A stretch of 64,000 bases of DNA from Klebsormidium nitens (lineage: Eukaryota > Plantae > Klebsormidiophyceae). A program made the position numbers and the translations under genes. Within the stretch, counting starts at the first letter, position 1. Each line of letters opens with the position of its first letter. Under the pieces are notes generated by a model. It had not been told where the DNA came from, did no database searches, and saw only the letters and a list, made by a program, of their open reading frames with translations. The stretch covers positions 62,001 to 126,000 of the forward strand of contig DF237127.1 of the NCBI GenBank assembly GCA_000708835.1, read 5' to 3'. Below are positions 36,710 through 50,504 of the stretch, in pieces.

Positions 36710-39700
36710 ATGGCGGGGCCCTCAGGCATTGGTGCTGCTGGCGCCATGCCGGCTGACGACCGGATGCCCACCCTTCCGCCGATCGCTGCACCGGCGTCCC
36801 CTAATCGCAATGCTGACAACGTGGTTCCTCGTGCGAGGGATCTCATCAGACAGATCAATGCCGCGCAGAGAGGGCCTGATCCTCAGTGGCTGCATGAGCT
36901 GGCGGGGTTGTTGGAAGAGGAGGAGAGACGGTAAGAAGCACGTTTTATGGATTCCTTTTGAGATCATTTTTTTAGGGTTTGGAAGTTATGTTTCTCTTTG
37001 GTATCTTTTCTGAGAGGCAGGAGAGAATATGCGGTGCTTGTCTAGATTTCATTACCCGTCTTGGAAAAAACTTCCTCTTTTGAGAGGCTGCCAGCGTCAG
37101 CAACACATGACGGTTCAAGAAAGGGTTAGAGAGAGGTGTGAGAAAGGCAGTATTTTAGAAGTGGTGGTGGTACTTGTTCAACAAAATAGAAAGCTGGAAA
37201 ATGCTGCAGGAACTGGTGGTGTGGCTGCATGACTTTGTAGGGAGACGCCATGGGGTGGTCTTGCAGTTCGCAAGCAGACGAGGAAAATCCCCCTTTGCAT
37301 GTTTCCTGACATGAGTTCGTTTGACCACCAATCAAGAAAAAGCAAAGGACCGTTCCTTGTTCGGTTTAATGTTAGCAAAGGATGAATTATCCAGTGGAAT
37401 TTGCTGGTGGCAGTTTGCATGTATGGAAACCCTGAAAGAAGTCGACCCTGATATCTGAACTATGATGAAACCGAAAACCTAAACCATAACACCTAACCCT
37501 ATGAACCTAAACCCTGATTGGATGTCTGTTACATCACAGGTACCAGGAGCATATGGGCCACCCATTCACCAACACGCGCTCTTCCTACACCATTGGCCGC
37601 CTGATCAATCTCGCCCGAGACGATGATGATTTTTTCGAGTTAGTCAGCATCCGACTCTTGGTTGAACCAAACCATCCTACGAGCCTCAGGGCTGCCGCGG
37701 CGCGCTTGACACTAGCGTGCTCCTCAGTCTGGCTCTTCCCCTTCATCCTGGACGATAGTGTCTTGGAGAAGCTGATCGAGTGGACCAAAGAAGAGTCGCC
37801 GGAAGACGAGGAGCGGTTCCTAACTAGACCCGGGGCCAAATGGGGGAGGGATGCGGAGAAACGGGACAAGGAGTTGTTAAGAACATATGCGACAGGTTTG
37901 CTCGCCGTTGCGCTGCAGAACGAGGAGATTGTGGACGACGTCGTTCGGCAGGGCCTTGTGGAGCCGTTGGTAAAGTTTCTGAGGAGGTCTGTGCTTAGGA
38001 ACGATGGAAAGGTGGGGGCGAAACAGGGCCCCAAAGTTGGAGCGCAGCCAGGTTTGTTCAGCCCTGGGGGGGCGGCAAGGAAGAGGACGAAAGTGTCATT
38101 GGACACCCCCTGGAAAGATGAAAACCGCATGGCAGGTGAGAACGTGCCCGAGGGGGGGGTGGAGGCAAGAGTGGAAGGGAAAGGGAAGGGGAAAATAGAC
38201 GAGGCGAATGCCGAGAATGATGAGGGGTTTGAGGGGGAGTCCGATGAAGCTTTGGACGAGTTTTACCACCGGCAGGGGATTGAGGGGGATGGAGAGGATC
38301 TTGACGAAGAAGGGGGGCCAGAGATTGGAAGAGTGGGGCAGAAGACCAGCAAGAGCGAGCGAAGGAAAAGTAAGACGGCAAGGGGGGTGGGTAAGAAGCG
38401 AGCAACCGTTGAGGAAGGGGGCAATGGGGCTAGCGGGGAGGGAACAGCTGGCGAGGAGCTGGGGGGCCCGGAGCGGAAACGGCGGAAGTCGCGAAAAGGG
38501 GGAGAGCAAGGAAGTGAAATCCCTGGGGGGGCTTCGGTGTCTGAGGGTTTGGCCCAAATTGGGCCTGGCAAGTTAGTGGGAGAAACGGCACGTGATGTCG
38601 AGTTGGATAGGGCAGGGGCGGCAGCACTGACACGGGCCAATGAGGAGGAGACAGGTGGCGGCACGGCGGCGGCGGCTGAGCTGGCGCAGGAGGTGCGGAC
38701 GGAGGGGAATGGCGCGGACGCCCGAAAGGAGGGGTTTGGAGGGGAGACGATTCAGAACGCTGGGGAAAGCTCACGGAAAACTGACCAGAGGAGAGCGAAA
38801 GCGAGTGATATTGAGGGGGAAACAGGGGGAGGAAACGAACGGCCTGGGTGTAGTAAGGATGCGCAAGAGGGGACAGAAAGCAAGTTATCTGAAGGACGGA
38901 GAGCTAGCGAGGGTGAGGGTGGGAAGGCAAAGAGGAAAGAGAAAGATCTTCGGTTTGTGCTGGCACGAGCGAGGGAGGCAGCGGAGAGCGAGGCTAGGGA
39001 TGCCGGGGCACCGCAGGAGGCAGTGGTTGCAGCAGGAGATGCGGCTTATGAGTCGGTAAGTCGAAGGATTTGTCGCGTTTACAAAGCCGGATTTGAGTCC
39101 CGCAGAGGCGTCCTCTTATTGTCCCCCCTTGCTTCCTTTCTCTGTGCTTTTCGATGAGGGGGAGACTCTTCGTGTGCAAGGAAGGCCGTTGTGTGTATGT
39201 ACAGTTGGCAGTCCTCCAGTTGTTTTTTGGTAGATGCTGACACGAGCTCTCAAAACCCAGGTTTCTTCACCACTTTTCGCTTTGAAATTAGTCAGGTACA
39301 GGTTTCTGCATCTTTTGACGGAGGCCTATCGCAACTGCGTCTAGACAAAGCAAGTAGCTACGGATTCTGGATTGAGGCCCCTCAGTGATTCTTCAACAAC
39401 GCAGGCCTTGGCTCTATCTTCTCCATTCGTCCTCTGCGTCCTCCAATTCCTCCTGCGACGCTCTTCTTTAACCACGCGTTATGCAGGTCGTGCTTAAGCC
39501 AACCCTGTGCTAACCGTTCTGTCTGCCGGCAAAACGCAGGCAGAATTTCCTGTTTTTGCCAGTCAGGTCATAGCCTAGCTAAGCCTGTGCTAAATGCTCC
39601 GACCCACCTTTCTTCTGCTTCAGGTGAAGTCCGCCCACGCCGACGCTCTGGCCGCCGGCAAAACGCAAGAAGAGGCAGTTACTTCCGCAATCGGCGCCGC

Positions 39701-42700
39701 GGACGCAGTCGAGGACGCAGCGAAGCAGGCGGCTTCCGCCAAAGCGCAGCAGGAGGAAGCGAAGAAAGCAAAGCGCAAAGACCCCGAGCCGGAGAACGCA
39801 AAGTCTCAAACAGAAGGTGACGCAACCCTTCCGCAAGGGGTTGATGGGAGCAGAATACGAAAGCTGAGAGAGCGGTACTCTATCCAGTGTCTCGCATCTC
39901 TGGGGGAGTATCTCGAGGCGCTTGGGCCGGTGCTCCGAGAACGGGGGATCGACATATGCCTCGCCCTGCTTCGCCGGCAGCCGGACGGTCCGGTGACCGC
40001 GGAAGCTGCGTCCGAAGTCGCGGACAGTCTGAAGCTCGTGTGCAGTCTGCTTGCGCACCGGCGGTTCGCTCTGCTGTTCGTCGACCGGGGGGGTGTGAAT
40101 GCGTTCCTGCAAGTGGTGCGAACGCCACACACGTACACGGGCCTCTCTCTGTGCCTATTCGCACTCGCGTCAATCCAGGCGGTGATGGAGCGGGTGTGCT
40201 CGCTCCTGGGGGATGAGGTCAGCGGGTGCGTCGAGTTAGCGCTAACCCTAATTTCGTGCACGCACGACCCCGCGCGGAAGAACGCCGCGCTGTTCTTCGG
40301 CTCCGCGCTCGTCTTCAAAGCCGTCATCGATGCGTTCGACGCGCAGGGGGGGCTTAAGCGCCTGCTCAGCCTCCTGCGAGCCGCGATGGCGCTGCGCGCC
40401 GAGATGACGTCATCCGGGCGTCAGATCGCGTTTCACACCGTCCTCGCGATCCGGCAGTACCTCCGCAGTCACCTGGTGCTCTTGGTTGAGTCTCTAAAGC
40501 AGTCCCTCAAGGGGGGGGCTCAAACGGCGGGGAAAGAAGGGGGGGGAAAGAGGGGGTCCCGGCCAATCGACGTCAGCGATGCGGCGTATGAGTCCGTGGC
40601 AATCATGGTTCACAGGGACCGGAGACTTGGGCCGGTTTTTGTGAAGGCGCGGTGGCCGGCTCTAGAGGCGTTTCTGGACCTGGGGGGTCCGGGGGTGATG
40701 CTGGAACTGGCCAAGCCACGACCGCAGATCCAAAGCGCGGAGAGGTGAGTGGCTAATTCTGTGGTTGTGCCGCTTAGGTTCTGAGTATGAGTTGTTGAGC
40801 GGGCTGCATTATCATGATTTGCAGAATATGAGGGCGTCCTGAGGGTTCCTTCTCGGAATGCGGCTGGCAAAGGGAATGCGACAGATGCATGTCGCCATTT
40901 GTTGATGAGGCACTGGCACTCGTACTTGTACACGGGCATTGAGAGCCTTAAGATGGTGAGATGTGAAAAGGTTTACTGTGAAAATTGATCCACTTCCGGT
41001 TTTATCAGCATGCTGAGGGTTCGAGGATCTCGCATAGTTGGACGCTCGGTCGGAGAAAGCCAGGAATTCCGCAGATTCTGTTCACGACGTTCGATTTGGA
41101 AATCCTGATGTGTCCGCTTCAAAAGCTTAGCGTCTGGTTACTCAACAAAGGCCGAGCTTATACCTCTTCAACCTTGGAGGGTCGTCACTTTGGACCGTTG
41201 ACATGCTTTCAACCTTTCAAACGCTTCTTCTTGGGAAAAGCGGAACTGAAGCGAGGAGCTGCATCCTTGACTTGAAAAGTTCTCACGCTTTGTTTGTCCG
41301 CACAATTTGTGAGAATAGCACAACACTTGCCGAGCTCGGATATGTTCCCCTGCTCAGAAACAGTTCCGACACCGGTCATGCCGCCCTCGACGTCCTCAAC
41401 ATTAGCACTCTGGCGCCGTGCTCTCAGCGCGCGTCCCCTTTTTTTCGGTGCTTTTCCCTTCAGCTTTCTTCCCAGCTTTTGTATTTCTCGAGCGTCTTCC
41501 CTCTTCTTCATAAGCCAGGCAGCTCTGATGTGACAGTACAGAGCTTAGAGCACTCGGCATCCAATCTACTTTTCTTGCTCAAATAGGNNNNNNNNNNNNN
41601 NNNNNNNNNNNNNNNNNNNNNNNNNNNNNNNNNNNNNNNNNNNNNNNNNNNNNNNNNNNNNNNNNNNNNNNNNNNNNNNNNNNNNNNNNNNNNNNNNNNN
41701 NNNNNNNNNNNNNNNNNNNNNNNNNNNNNNNNNNNNNNNNNNNNNNNNNNNNNNNNNNNNNNNNNNNNNNNNNNNNNNNNNNNNNNNNNNNNNNNNNNNN
41801 NNNNNNNNNNNNNNNNNNNNNNNNNNNNNNNNNNNNNNNNNNNNNNNNNNNNNNNNNNNNNNNNNNNNNNNNNNNNNNNNNNNNNNNNNNNNNNNNNNNN
41901 NNNNNNNNNNNNNNNNNNNNNNNNNNNNNNNNNNNNNNNNNNNNNNNNNNNNNNNNNNNNNNNNNNNNNNNNNNNNNNNNNNNNNNNNNNNNNNNNNNNN
42001 NNNNNNNNNNNNNNNNNNNNNNNNNNNNNNNNNNNNNNNNNNNNNNNNNNNNNNNNNNNNNNNNNNNNNNNNNNNNNNNNNNNNNNNNNNNNNNNNNNNN
42101 NNNNNNNNNNNNNNNNNNNNNNNNNNNNNNNNNNNNNNNNNNNNNNNNNNNNNNNNNNNNNNNNNNNNNNNNNNNNNNNNNNNNNNNNNNNNNNNNNNNN
42201 NNNNNNNNNNNCCAATCTACTTTTCTTGCTCAAATAGGAACGATGCAACGCCGGGTCTTCTCGCAGAGTTGCTAACCCCGAGCAAGTTTTTTCCTTCCAG
42301 GTACTCCTCTGACACCGCTCACGCCGCCCTCGACGTCCTCTCAATTGTCACTTTAGCACCCTACTCTCACCGCGCCGTCGTCTCCGCGCAACTCGCCTCC
42401 GACGACTCTCGCACCGGCATGTCGATCATCCTGGACGCAGCAGGGGGGCAGGCTTTCAGCGACCCGGAAATAATCGCCGCGGCTCTGGGCGTGCTGGTGC
42501 ACGTTGTTTGTCCCCCCCCGGCGCTGGCAAAACCGTCCGCAAGCCCCCAGGTAAGATTGCTTGTGGTCTCACTGACGAATGTGCTGGGTCTGATGCTCTG
42601 GATGTCTACCAGATTAAATTTCGCTCTTTTAGATTTTTGTGATTGTTTCCTTTGTCGTCTTCATATTTGTTGCTTCTGTCAAAATCCTCCGCAATTCCCT

Positions 42701-45700
42701 GCAATCGTTTCTTCGCATGCCGCGACCAAGAATTCGCCACCCAGGCGTGGATTTGTTATCTTCGACATTTTCACGATTCACCAACTCGTAACTTTTTGGA
42801 AAGTTAAGGGTACTCCTGATCGCTCATTCCCACTTACAAGCGGAGGACCTTACGATTCGCTCAGGTTGCTGTTGCTATGACCTGCTCTAATTTAAGCTAA
42901 CCACTTCTTCCTTTCTTCAGGGGGGCGAAACAACGCCCGGGCCCAACCGGGGCCTCGTGGGCGATCTGCGGATCTCTCTTGGACCCGGGGGGGGCGGCGC
43001 AGGGCTCGCTAGTCTGATGGAACAAGGGTTCAAGCAAGCGAGGGAGGCGGTTCGACAGCACAACGGAATCAAGGTTTTGCTGTCGTTGCTTCACCCGCGG
43101 ACGGCGCTCCCCCCCGGGACGGCGGATGTGGTGCGCGCGCTTGCGTGCCACGCGCTTTTGGGCCTGGCGAGGGACCCGGCGATTGCGCACATTTTGACGA
43201 AATTGCAGGTGAGGGGGGAAGCATCTTTCCAAGCTGTTCTCTGAAAGTTGTCCTCTGAAAGTTTTTCTTCTTTCCATATGTTCTCGGTTGAGACTGTTCG
43301 AACAAGCTCGCTCACGCGCTTTGGGGCTTGCGAGAGATTTGGCAATCGTGGACATCCTGACCAAGTTGCAGGTAAGTGGGGTCATCTTCTTCTGTTCATC
43401 CGTTCACCTCAGCTCATTCAAATACCTTTGTCAGACCTGGTTATAGTCAAGGATTAGCTACAAATGCAAAAGAGGAGAGTTGTAAGCGCCTTCGGGCCCG
43501 GACCCGGTGATCGCGCACTTTCTCATCAAATTGCAGGTAAGGAGGGCTTGCTTGTGTAGCCGTGCTCTCGTGTGCTGCATTCACTGTCAGAGGAAGACTT
43601 TGTGCATGACTGAAGAGAGATTTCATATCTGCAGAGACTTGTCCTGTCGATAGAAGAGTAATCTCATCCGAAGTGCTGTTGACACGCTTGGCCTTTATGG
43701 TAGACCAAGCACAGTGCTGGACCCTTCAGGGCGGCCTCTGATCACCCTGGTTGCGTCGAAGGAGAGGCAGAAGGGGGTACTAAACATCAGAGCAAAGCAA
43801 AGAAAAGTCTTTGCTCATTGCGTGTTTGTATCTCCCTTGTTTCCAGGTCGGACGCATGCTGTCCGAACTCGTCCGCGACTACGAGTCGTACGGCCCCCAG
43901 CGCCCGTCCGGAACCCAAGCCTCGCGCAACGCCGGCACTCCCGCTCCCGATGCGGCGATGACGTCATCCGCGCCCCAGTGGCCGAGCGTGTTCAAGAAGG
44001 CGGCGCTGGACCTGATTGCGCTGACGTCAGCAGGCGTAAGCACGAAGGGCGCGAGCGCTGCGGCCGCCAGCGAGGCGGCGGCGCCGACGATGCGGAGGAT
44101 CGAGAAGGCGGCGATAGCAGCCGCGACCCCGATAAGCTATCCCCCGCAGGAGCTCCTGCAGGTTATCCATGTGAGTCTGTATGTCGAGATTTGGTCACTC
44201 GCTGTCGGTGTCCTTCCTTGTTTTAAGTTATCAAGTTATAAGTATGTCCTTCTCTGGCCCACGTGCTGATCGAGATGCCCCACATTCATGATAAAGGCTC
44301 ACGTCAGAGCTGGCGGGAAGCGAACAACCGTCAGCCGGTTGCAAGCGGCTTCCGAGTGTTTCCGACAACCCAGCAGGCGACTTTGGAGGAATGTCTTTAT
44401 GACCGATTGCAAAGCCAGGTCTCACGCATGCGGTTGGCTGAACTTTAAATAGAAAGTCAGAGCTCGTGTCGAGCTGGCGCTTGGAAATCACATTGGGTTA
44501 AGGACTACCTTATCAGAGCTTTTAGCTTGTTCGAAAATGGCAGACGTTTCTAAGTGGATGCGGTTTGTGTGGACCCCGGTCGTTCCTGCTCCGTTGTCAA
44601 GGAAAGCGACCCCTTTCCGATCCTGAGATGGCATGGAAGGCTTGCACGAGGCCGGATTCACATTCTTCCTGATTGGGCCGTTCTTCCTTCCTGCAGGAGC
44701 ATCTCACGGCCTGCGGTCTCGACAAGGCCGCAGCCGCACTCCAACAAGAAGCCCACTTGCCCCTCGTTTCTAAGGGGGACGAAGAAACCGGCTCAGAGAC
44801 GGGCCCTCAGTCCACTGCTAAAGAGCTCAAACCCTTCCCCTCCAACGCCACCCCGACCGGCTTTCTGGTAGGCTCTACTGAACCCGGAACAAGCGGGGTT
44901 ATCGCTGGAGCAACTAGAGCCGGCTCAAATCTGACGAAGCGATCCCTCTCGATCGCGGCCAACGTTCGAGATCCCAATGCCGAACAGGGGCCGTTGTCCC
45001 CCCCCGAAGCAGATGGTGTGAGCACCCCTCAACGGACCCCTCTCTGTAAACGGAAAGCAACGGAGCCGATCTCACCCCCCCGGAAGCGGTTGAACACCGG
45101 GGAGTCTCGGTTCGGGGGGGCGAGGCGAACCGTGTCCCCTGAGCCGGACTTGCCCCCCGGTGCAGTGCCCGCGTCGGAGTCAAAACCGCACGTCTACAGA
45201 ACGCCCACAGCAGTTTGCCCTAACCCCTTGCCCGACCAGTCGGCCATCAACCCGTATTACTGGCAGTACGCAAACAACACCCCAAACCGAACCACTACCC
45301 TTCCCGCCATGTCAGATTCCCAATACCTCGAGTCGGCCTTCACGAGCGAGCGTGGGAGCGGTAATGGTAACGAGCCCCCAACCGTTACCACCACGCTTGA
45401 CTCCATCGTCACCCAGTACCTCAAACAGCAGCATAGGCTATGCCCCGCGCCCATAACCACTCTCCCTCCGCTGTCTCTCCACCATAACCACGTTTGTCCG
45501 GAGCCGAGGCGGCCGCTCGATGCACCTGCGAACTTCAGCGCGAGACTGTTGGCGAGACAGTGGAGCCCTCGGTTTGGGGGGATGGGTGGGCGGAGACAGG
45601 AAAAGCACATGGTGTACAGTAGGTGAGTTCGAAGCAGACGCGGTTGCCGCACTTTGATTTGCTGTGACAAATGCTAATCGAAGTGATCCACGACAATATG

Positions 45701-48700
45701 CGGGTTCGGAAGTGCATATTACACTCATCTTGAGCGGTTGCTTCCTCAGTTGAGCTTCAATGCAGTGCCATGTCGGTCGTAGAGGGTTCAAACCTTTGAT
45801 CTGGCGGGCGTTTCCTTGAATGAGGAATCATTTGGAGAAACTACGAAAACTTTGCTTCCAGAGTCGAAGCCTGTGAATCTCTAATTCTATTTACAAGCAA
45901 TCATCATCTCATTCTGCTGTTGCTGTTCTTGTGACCACGTAAGTGTGAGATTCTGCAAGCAAGTTGTTTAGTAGTAAGCAAACCAACCTAGAATCGGAAC
46001 GAACTCGAATCAGCGCCTTTACAGAAAGTCAAATTCAGCACGAGTCAAATAAGTCGCTAATCGCGTTCTGTAATAACCCGCAGGTTCCGCCCCTGGCGCA
46101 CCTGCCGCGAGGAGGAGTCCACCATCATGACGTCAGCCGTCTTCCTCCCGACCGCCGACGCCTCGTCGCGCCTCGCGGTCGGCAGCCACGTGGGCGAGAT
46201 CCGGCTCTTCGACGCGGGCAGCGGTGACGTCATCGAGACGTACGCGGGTCACGAGGAGAACGCGGTTAATCTCCTGCAAACCGCAGTTAAGCCCGGGGGC
46301 GACGGCGCGTGGCTTCTGTCGAGTACGAGGCGAGAGGTTAAGCTGTGGGTTGCGGAGAACCTGGACATGGGCAGTGTGAAAACGTTCGAGGGATGCCGGT
46401 CGGGGAGGTTTAACACCGCGGGGACGCGGATCGTGGCGGTCGAGCAGCGGCAGTCGGGGCCGCCGCAGGTAAGGAGACCAAAGTGCACGGTCTTTTTCCG
46501 GGTCTACTTTGTCGTTCAAAAGGTCTTTTGTTGTCTTTTGCGAGGGTCCATTGCTGTTTTTCAAGGTTCTAGTGCTTGTACTTTAGGTAGGTCTGATGCT
46601 GTTTTGTCACTGGTTTTGTGCGGACCTTTAAGGGTTTACTTTCATTTGTTCCTCATTTTTGCTTCTGAAATCAAATAGCAAGGAAGGGCGTTTGCCACTC
46701 GATAGTAAATCAGTGATAAGTATCATCCATTCAGTATCCTTTTCGGTCTGCACGTTGAATGGAGCAGCGGCACTCTTGAGTTTACTATTGCCTTACCTGA
46801 AGCCGAATACCCTCAATCCCCATACGAACTTAGTTTGATGAAGAAACCAGACCCGCTCCGTTTCACAGGTTCGTCTGTACGACGTCAATAGCGGCAACCT
46901 CGAGTTAACGCTCACCGACTCGCATTCGAGCAACCCCCCCGGAAACGGAACTCGGTGGGGTTTGGGCGGACATTCGAACGCGTACTTCAGCCCGGACGAC
47001 AGTTTGATCCTCTGGGGGGGAGTGCTTTGGGACCACCGGTTACCAAAGGGAGTTCACCGCTTCGACCAGTTTACGGACTATGGGGGAGGGGCGTTCCATC
47101 CCGCTGGGAACGAGGTACGCTTAGCTTTATTTATGATTTGTTAGGTGTTAGGGATTTGGTGGAATCACAGGGTCGAAGGATCCGGGTTTTGGCACGGATC
47201 CGCGATTTTCGACGTTTGGTTTTCTGATATTATGTTAGGCTGTCGAATCAAATCAGAGGGTCCAGGTTCCAGCTCGGTTAGCATGTTTCAGAATGCCGGG
47301 GTAAGATTTCAGAGACTTGTATTTAGGCTCCCAACATAACATTAACATTCTTGAATGGTCCAAGTTTCCGCCTCAGCTATCGTTCTGCAGATCGACGGTT
47401 TCGATTCCTCCTTGAAATTCGGACCATTCTTTGCTGTGTGGCGCAAAGATGCAGGTTCTTGATGAGCCTTCGTTATTCCCAATTGTGTGGGGCTATGACG
47501 ACACAGTTGGTTCTAAGGAGGCACACAGCAACGCAGGCGGTCTCTTTGACCTCACCTACTCATATGGTTGACGTCAGCAAGACTGTCCTGGACAGCTGAA
47601 TGGCGCCTCGGTTAACAGGGTTTTGTTACGCTTCTGCTGAGGGGTTTCGGCACTTTTTCTGCTCAACGTATGATCACATTCCTTTTATGTCTCCAGCCCG
47701 TCCCGCAGGACTCAGATACTTCCCTTGACCCGTTTCTGGGTGGGACCTCTGGATGCACAAGCTCCTAAGCAGTATCCGAGGCTCCGGAAAACCCCAGCCC
47801 AAAATTGCAACAACGTTTTCTGTCACAGTCAAAAGACGACTGAAAATGTCGTTCAAAACGCACGAGATCGTGACACTTGAATGTGGATTCAAGAAGTTGT
47901 GCCTACCACAGCTGATCATCGACAGCTGTATTCTGTTTCTTTACTTGACGCGGGTCCTGATTTCTTTCTTAATTCCGTAAAGTTTTGAGATCATCGATGG
48001 GTTACTGAGACCAATGCTGATTCCTTGGCTCTTCTAGATGCAGGTGATTATCAACAGCGGTAGCTCCACTTAAAGCGAACCCGGAGTTGCATTCCTATCC
48101 GCGAGGATTGAGTTTATGGGTGGTTTTTTCGAACTAAGCCCGAGTGTTTCACTCTCGAACATGCAGGGGTTTTTAACAGCAAGGTGTGGGATCTACGCAC
48201 CCATAAGCTGCAGTACTCGAGCGCATCTGGCACACCCGACTGCGGTCGGGTCCTCCAGATGCGCAGATCGCGAAGCATTATTCAAAACCCCAGAATTCGA
48301 CAGGCCTACAATGATGGATTCGTTTGGCTTTATATACTCCATATATCTCCGCATGAGCTCAAAAGTCACAAACTTGCTCCACTATATATTACCCCAGACG
48401 ATTGGAATTGTTGTCCAAATGCAGGTGATCATCAACAGCGAGGTGTGGGATCTCCGCACCCATAAGCTGCTGCGCTCCGTCGCCTCGCTCGACAACACCA
48501 CCATCTCCTTCTCCCCCACCGGTGACGTCATCTACGCAATCCTCCGCCGGAGCTCCGACGAGTTGAACGCGGCGCTCAATCCGAAACGCCAACGTCACCC
48601 GCTCTGGGCGGCGTTTCGGACGCTGGACGCTACGGACTATTCGGACATCGCGACGGTGCCGGTGGACCGGTGCGTGCTGGACCTGGCGGTCGATCCGACG

Positions 48701-49576
48701 GACTCGTACGTCGGCGCGGTGGCGATCGACGGCCAGGGCATCGAGAGCAATGTCAAGGTGCGTTCTCAGCAAGACAGAGTCACTTAGGATAAATATGAAG
48801 GTACAAATAAAGCCTTTGAGTCAATCAGGGCAAAGGAAAGGCAAAGGAGAGGCAAAGAAATGTTGTGACTCGAATATAAGCGAGAAGAAAAGAACAAAAC
48901 GAACGTGAGAAGAAAAGAAGGTAGATGAAACCGATTTGGGTGCTCTTGGATTGAGCCTGTTACTGATGGTCGTTCCGCTCTCGGCTCAGAGATCAGGGGC
49001 GCAGCGGAACATATGGTCGAAGATCGGTTGGGTTATCTGGGTGTACGTCATCCTGATGATGACATTTTTAGACTTCCTCATCCGCAACTTTCCTTCTCTT
49101 GGCCGCTCTCTCATCCTTTTCCGTATTCTGATCTGAAGGTGTACGAAATTGGACGGCGGCGACCGGACGACGGCGACTCGGACGTCGACGTCAACGAGGA
49201 AGAAGATGACGAGAGCGAGGAGGAAGAGGAGGAGGAAGACGAGGACGGGGGGGAGGGCGACATCTCCGAAGCGGAGGACGACGAAAACGACGGCGCCGGG
49301 GGGGTCGCCGCCCGGCTCCTGCGAGAGCTCGCGGAGGGGGGGGACGATGGGGACGATGACGTCAGCAGCAGCGGGGGGGAGGAGTCGGAAGAAGACGACG
49401 AAGTGGATGCGATGCTCGATGCAATGGAGGAAAGCGACGAGGGGAGCGATGAGGGGGGGAGCGACGATGGGGGCGAGTATGGCAGCGAGGGGGGGGGCTC
49501 GTCGGCGGACGGGTATGATACGGACGAGGATTACGGAGAGGGGGACTTCGACGACTTGTTGCAGGGGATGCTATAA
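36710..49576 (+). CDS. DCAF1: DDB1- and CUL4-associated factor 1 (VprBP homolog)
   Basis: Exons approx. 36710-36930, 37541-39055, 39624-40744, 42301-42550, 42921-43208, 43847-44170, 44697-45622, 46084-46468, 46869-47114, 48425-48757 and 49139-49576. Motifs: LARDDDDFFELVS, ERYSIQCLASLGEYLEALGPVL, LisH (ELLQVIHEHLTACGL), TTLDSIVTQYLKQQHRLCPAPITTLPPLSL, YSRFRPWRTCR, WD40 repeats, VYEIGRRRP and an acidic tail. Confidence 0.96.
41588..42211. other. Assembly gap (N run) in a DCAF1 intron
   Basis: Run of N. The 27 bp before the gap (ccaatctacttttcttgctcaaatagg) reappear immediately after it. Confidence 0.97.
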
Positions 49577-50504
49577 GAGAATGTTTGAAGGGTTGTTTCC
49601 TTCAAAGTTTGGAGGGTTGATAAGCGTACGCACTTGCAAAGGTATCCCGACTCGTTCGTGACAGAGACCTTGGTGGTGTTGGTCTCCCATTTAGTCAAAC
49701 CGCAGACGAAGACACGCTTAAAGCGACGGATCGCTGTGGATGTGCAGATTCCATGCAAGGCCGAACTTCGCAAGCTTCTCGAATCACGTATCCACGCTGA
49801 GTGTGCGCCAACCGCCACAGATTGATTGGTCTCATTCTCGAGTCCCTTTCAAACGACTCTGGGGCGGCCGCCATATGTTACGATGGTCCTGTATATCGCC
49901 ACCGTCCCTGGCTTTCTATGGACGGTCCATGCGGTCATCTTCATGCATGCCTATAACTCCAGACGATATAGCTCGCGGCCTGCTGGATGTTGGTCCCACA
50001 GGTTCAATCGAAAAACTAAATTTATATGCACACGACGATGATCTTGTCTTGTATGAACAGGCTGATTTCCAAAGGTGTATCATGCTAATAATTGCTAGCG
50101 CTTTTCTTCCATGCAATATTTTGGTGATATCACATGCATCTTTAAGGAGTTCGATCATGGCAGCTCGTGTTCGTTTAATAACTTGATGAACTCTAATTGT
50201 CATGCACTTCTTAGCATGGACTTGATGTAGTGACAGACATGCACATGGGTGAGGTGGAGATCCATGCGAAAGGTCTGTGCGTAGACTTTTCTAGCTATAA
50301 GGATCGGCGAAACCATTCTCTGCTTCCTTGTAAACATTGCGAGTCTGGACAGCTCCGTGAACACAGCCTAGTACTGTGGACTGAGACGGGCAGAAATTTC
50401 ATGGAGGCCCATAGCATGTTTGAATGAATAAGCGGGGAAAATGTCAAAAAAACGGTGTGTTGGTCAGTCTGTAACCATCAAAGATTGCAACTGCGATCGC
50501 TCAC

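Noticed and set aside
37478-37518. Telomere-like aaccct run in DCAF1 intron 1
   Set aside because: Too short and degenerate to call an interstitial telomere, although it may be a telo-box-like or MITE remnant.
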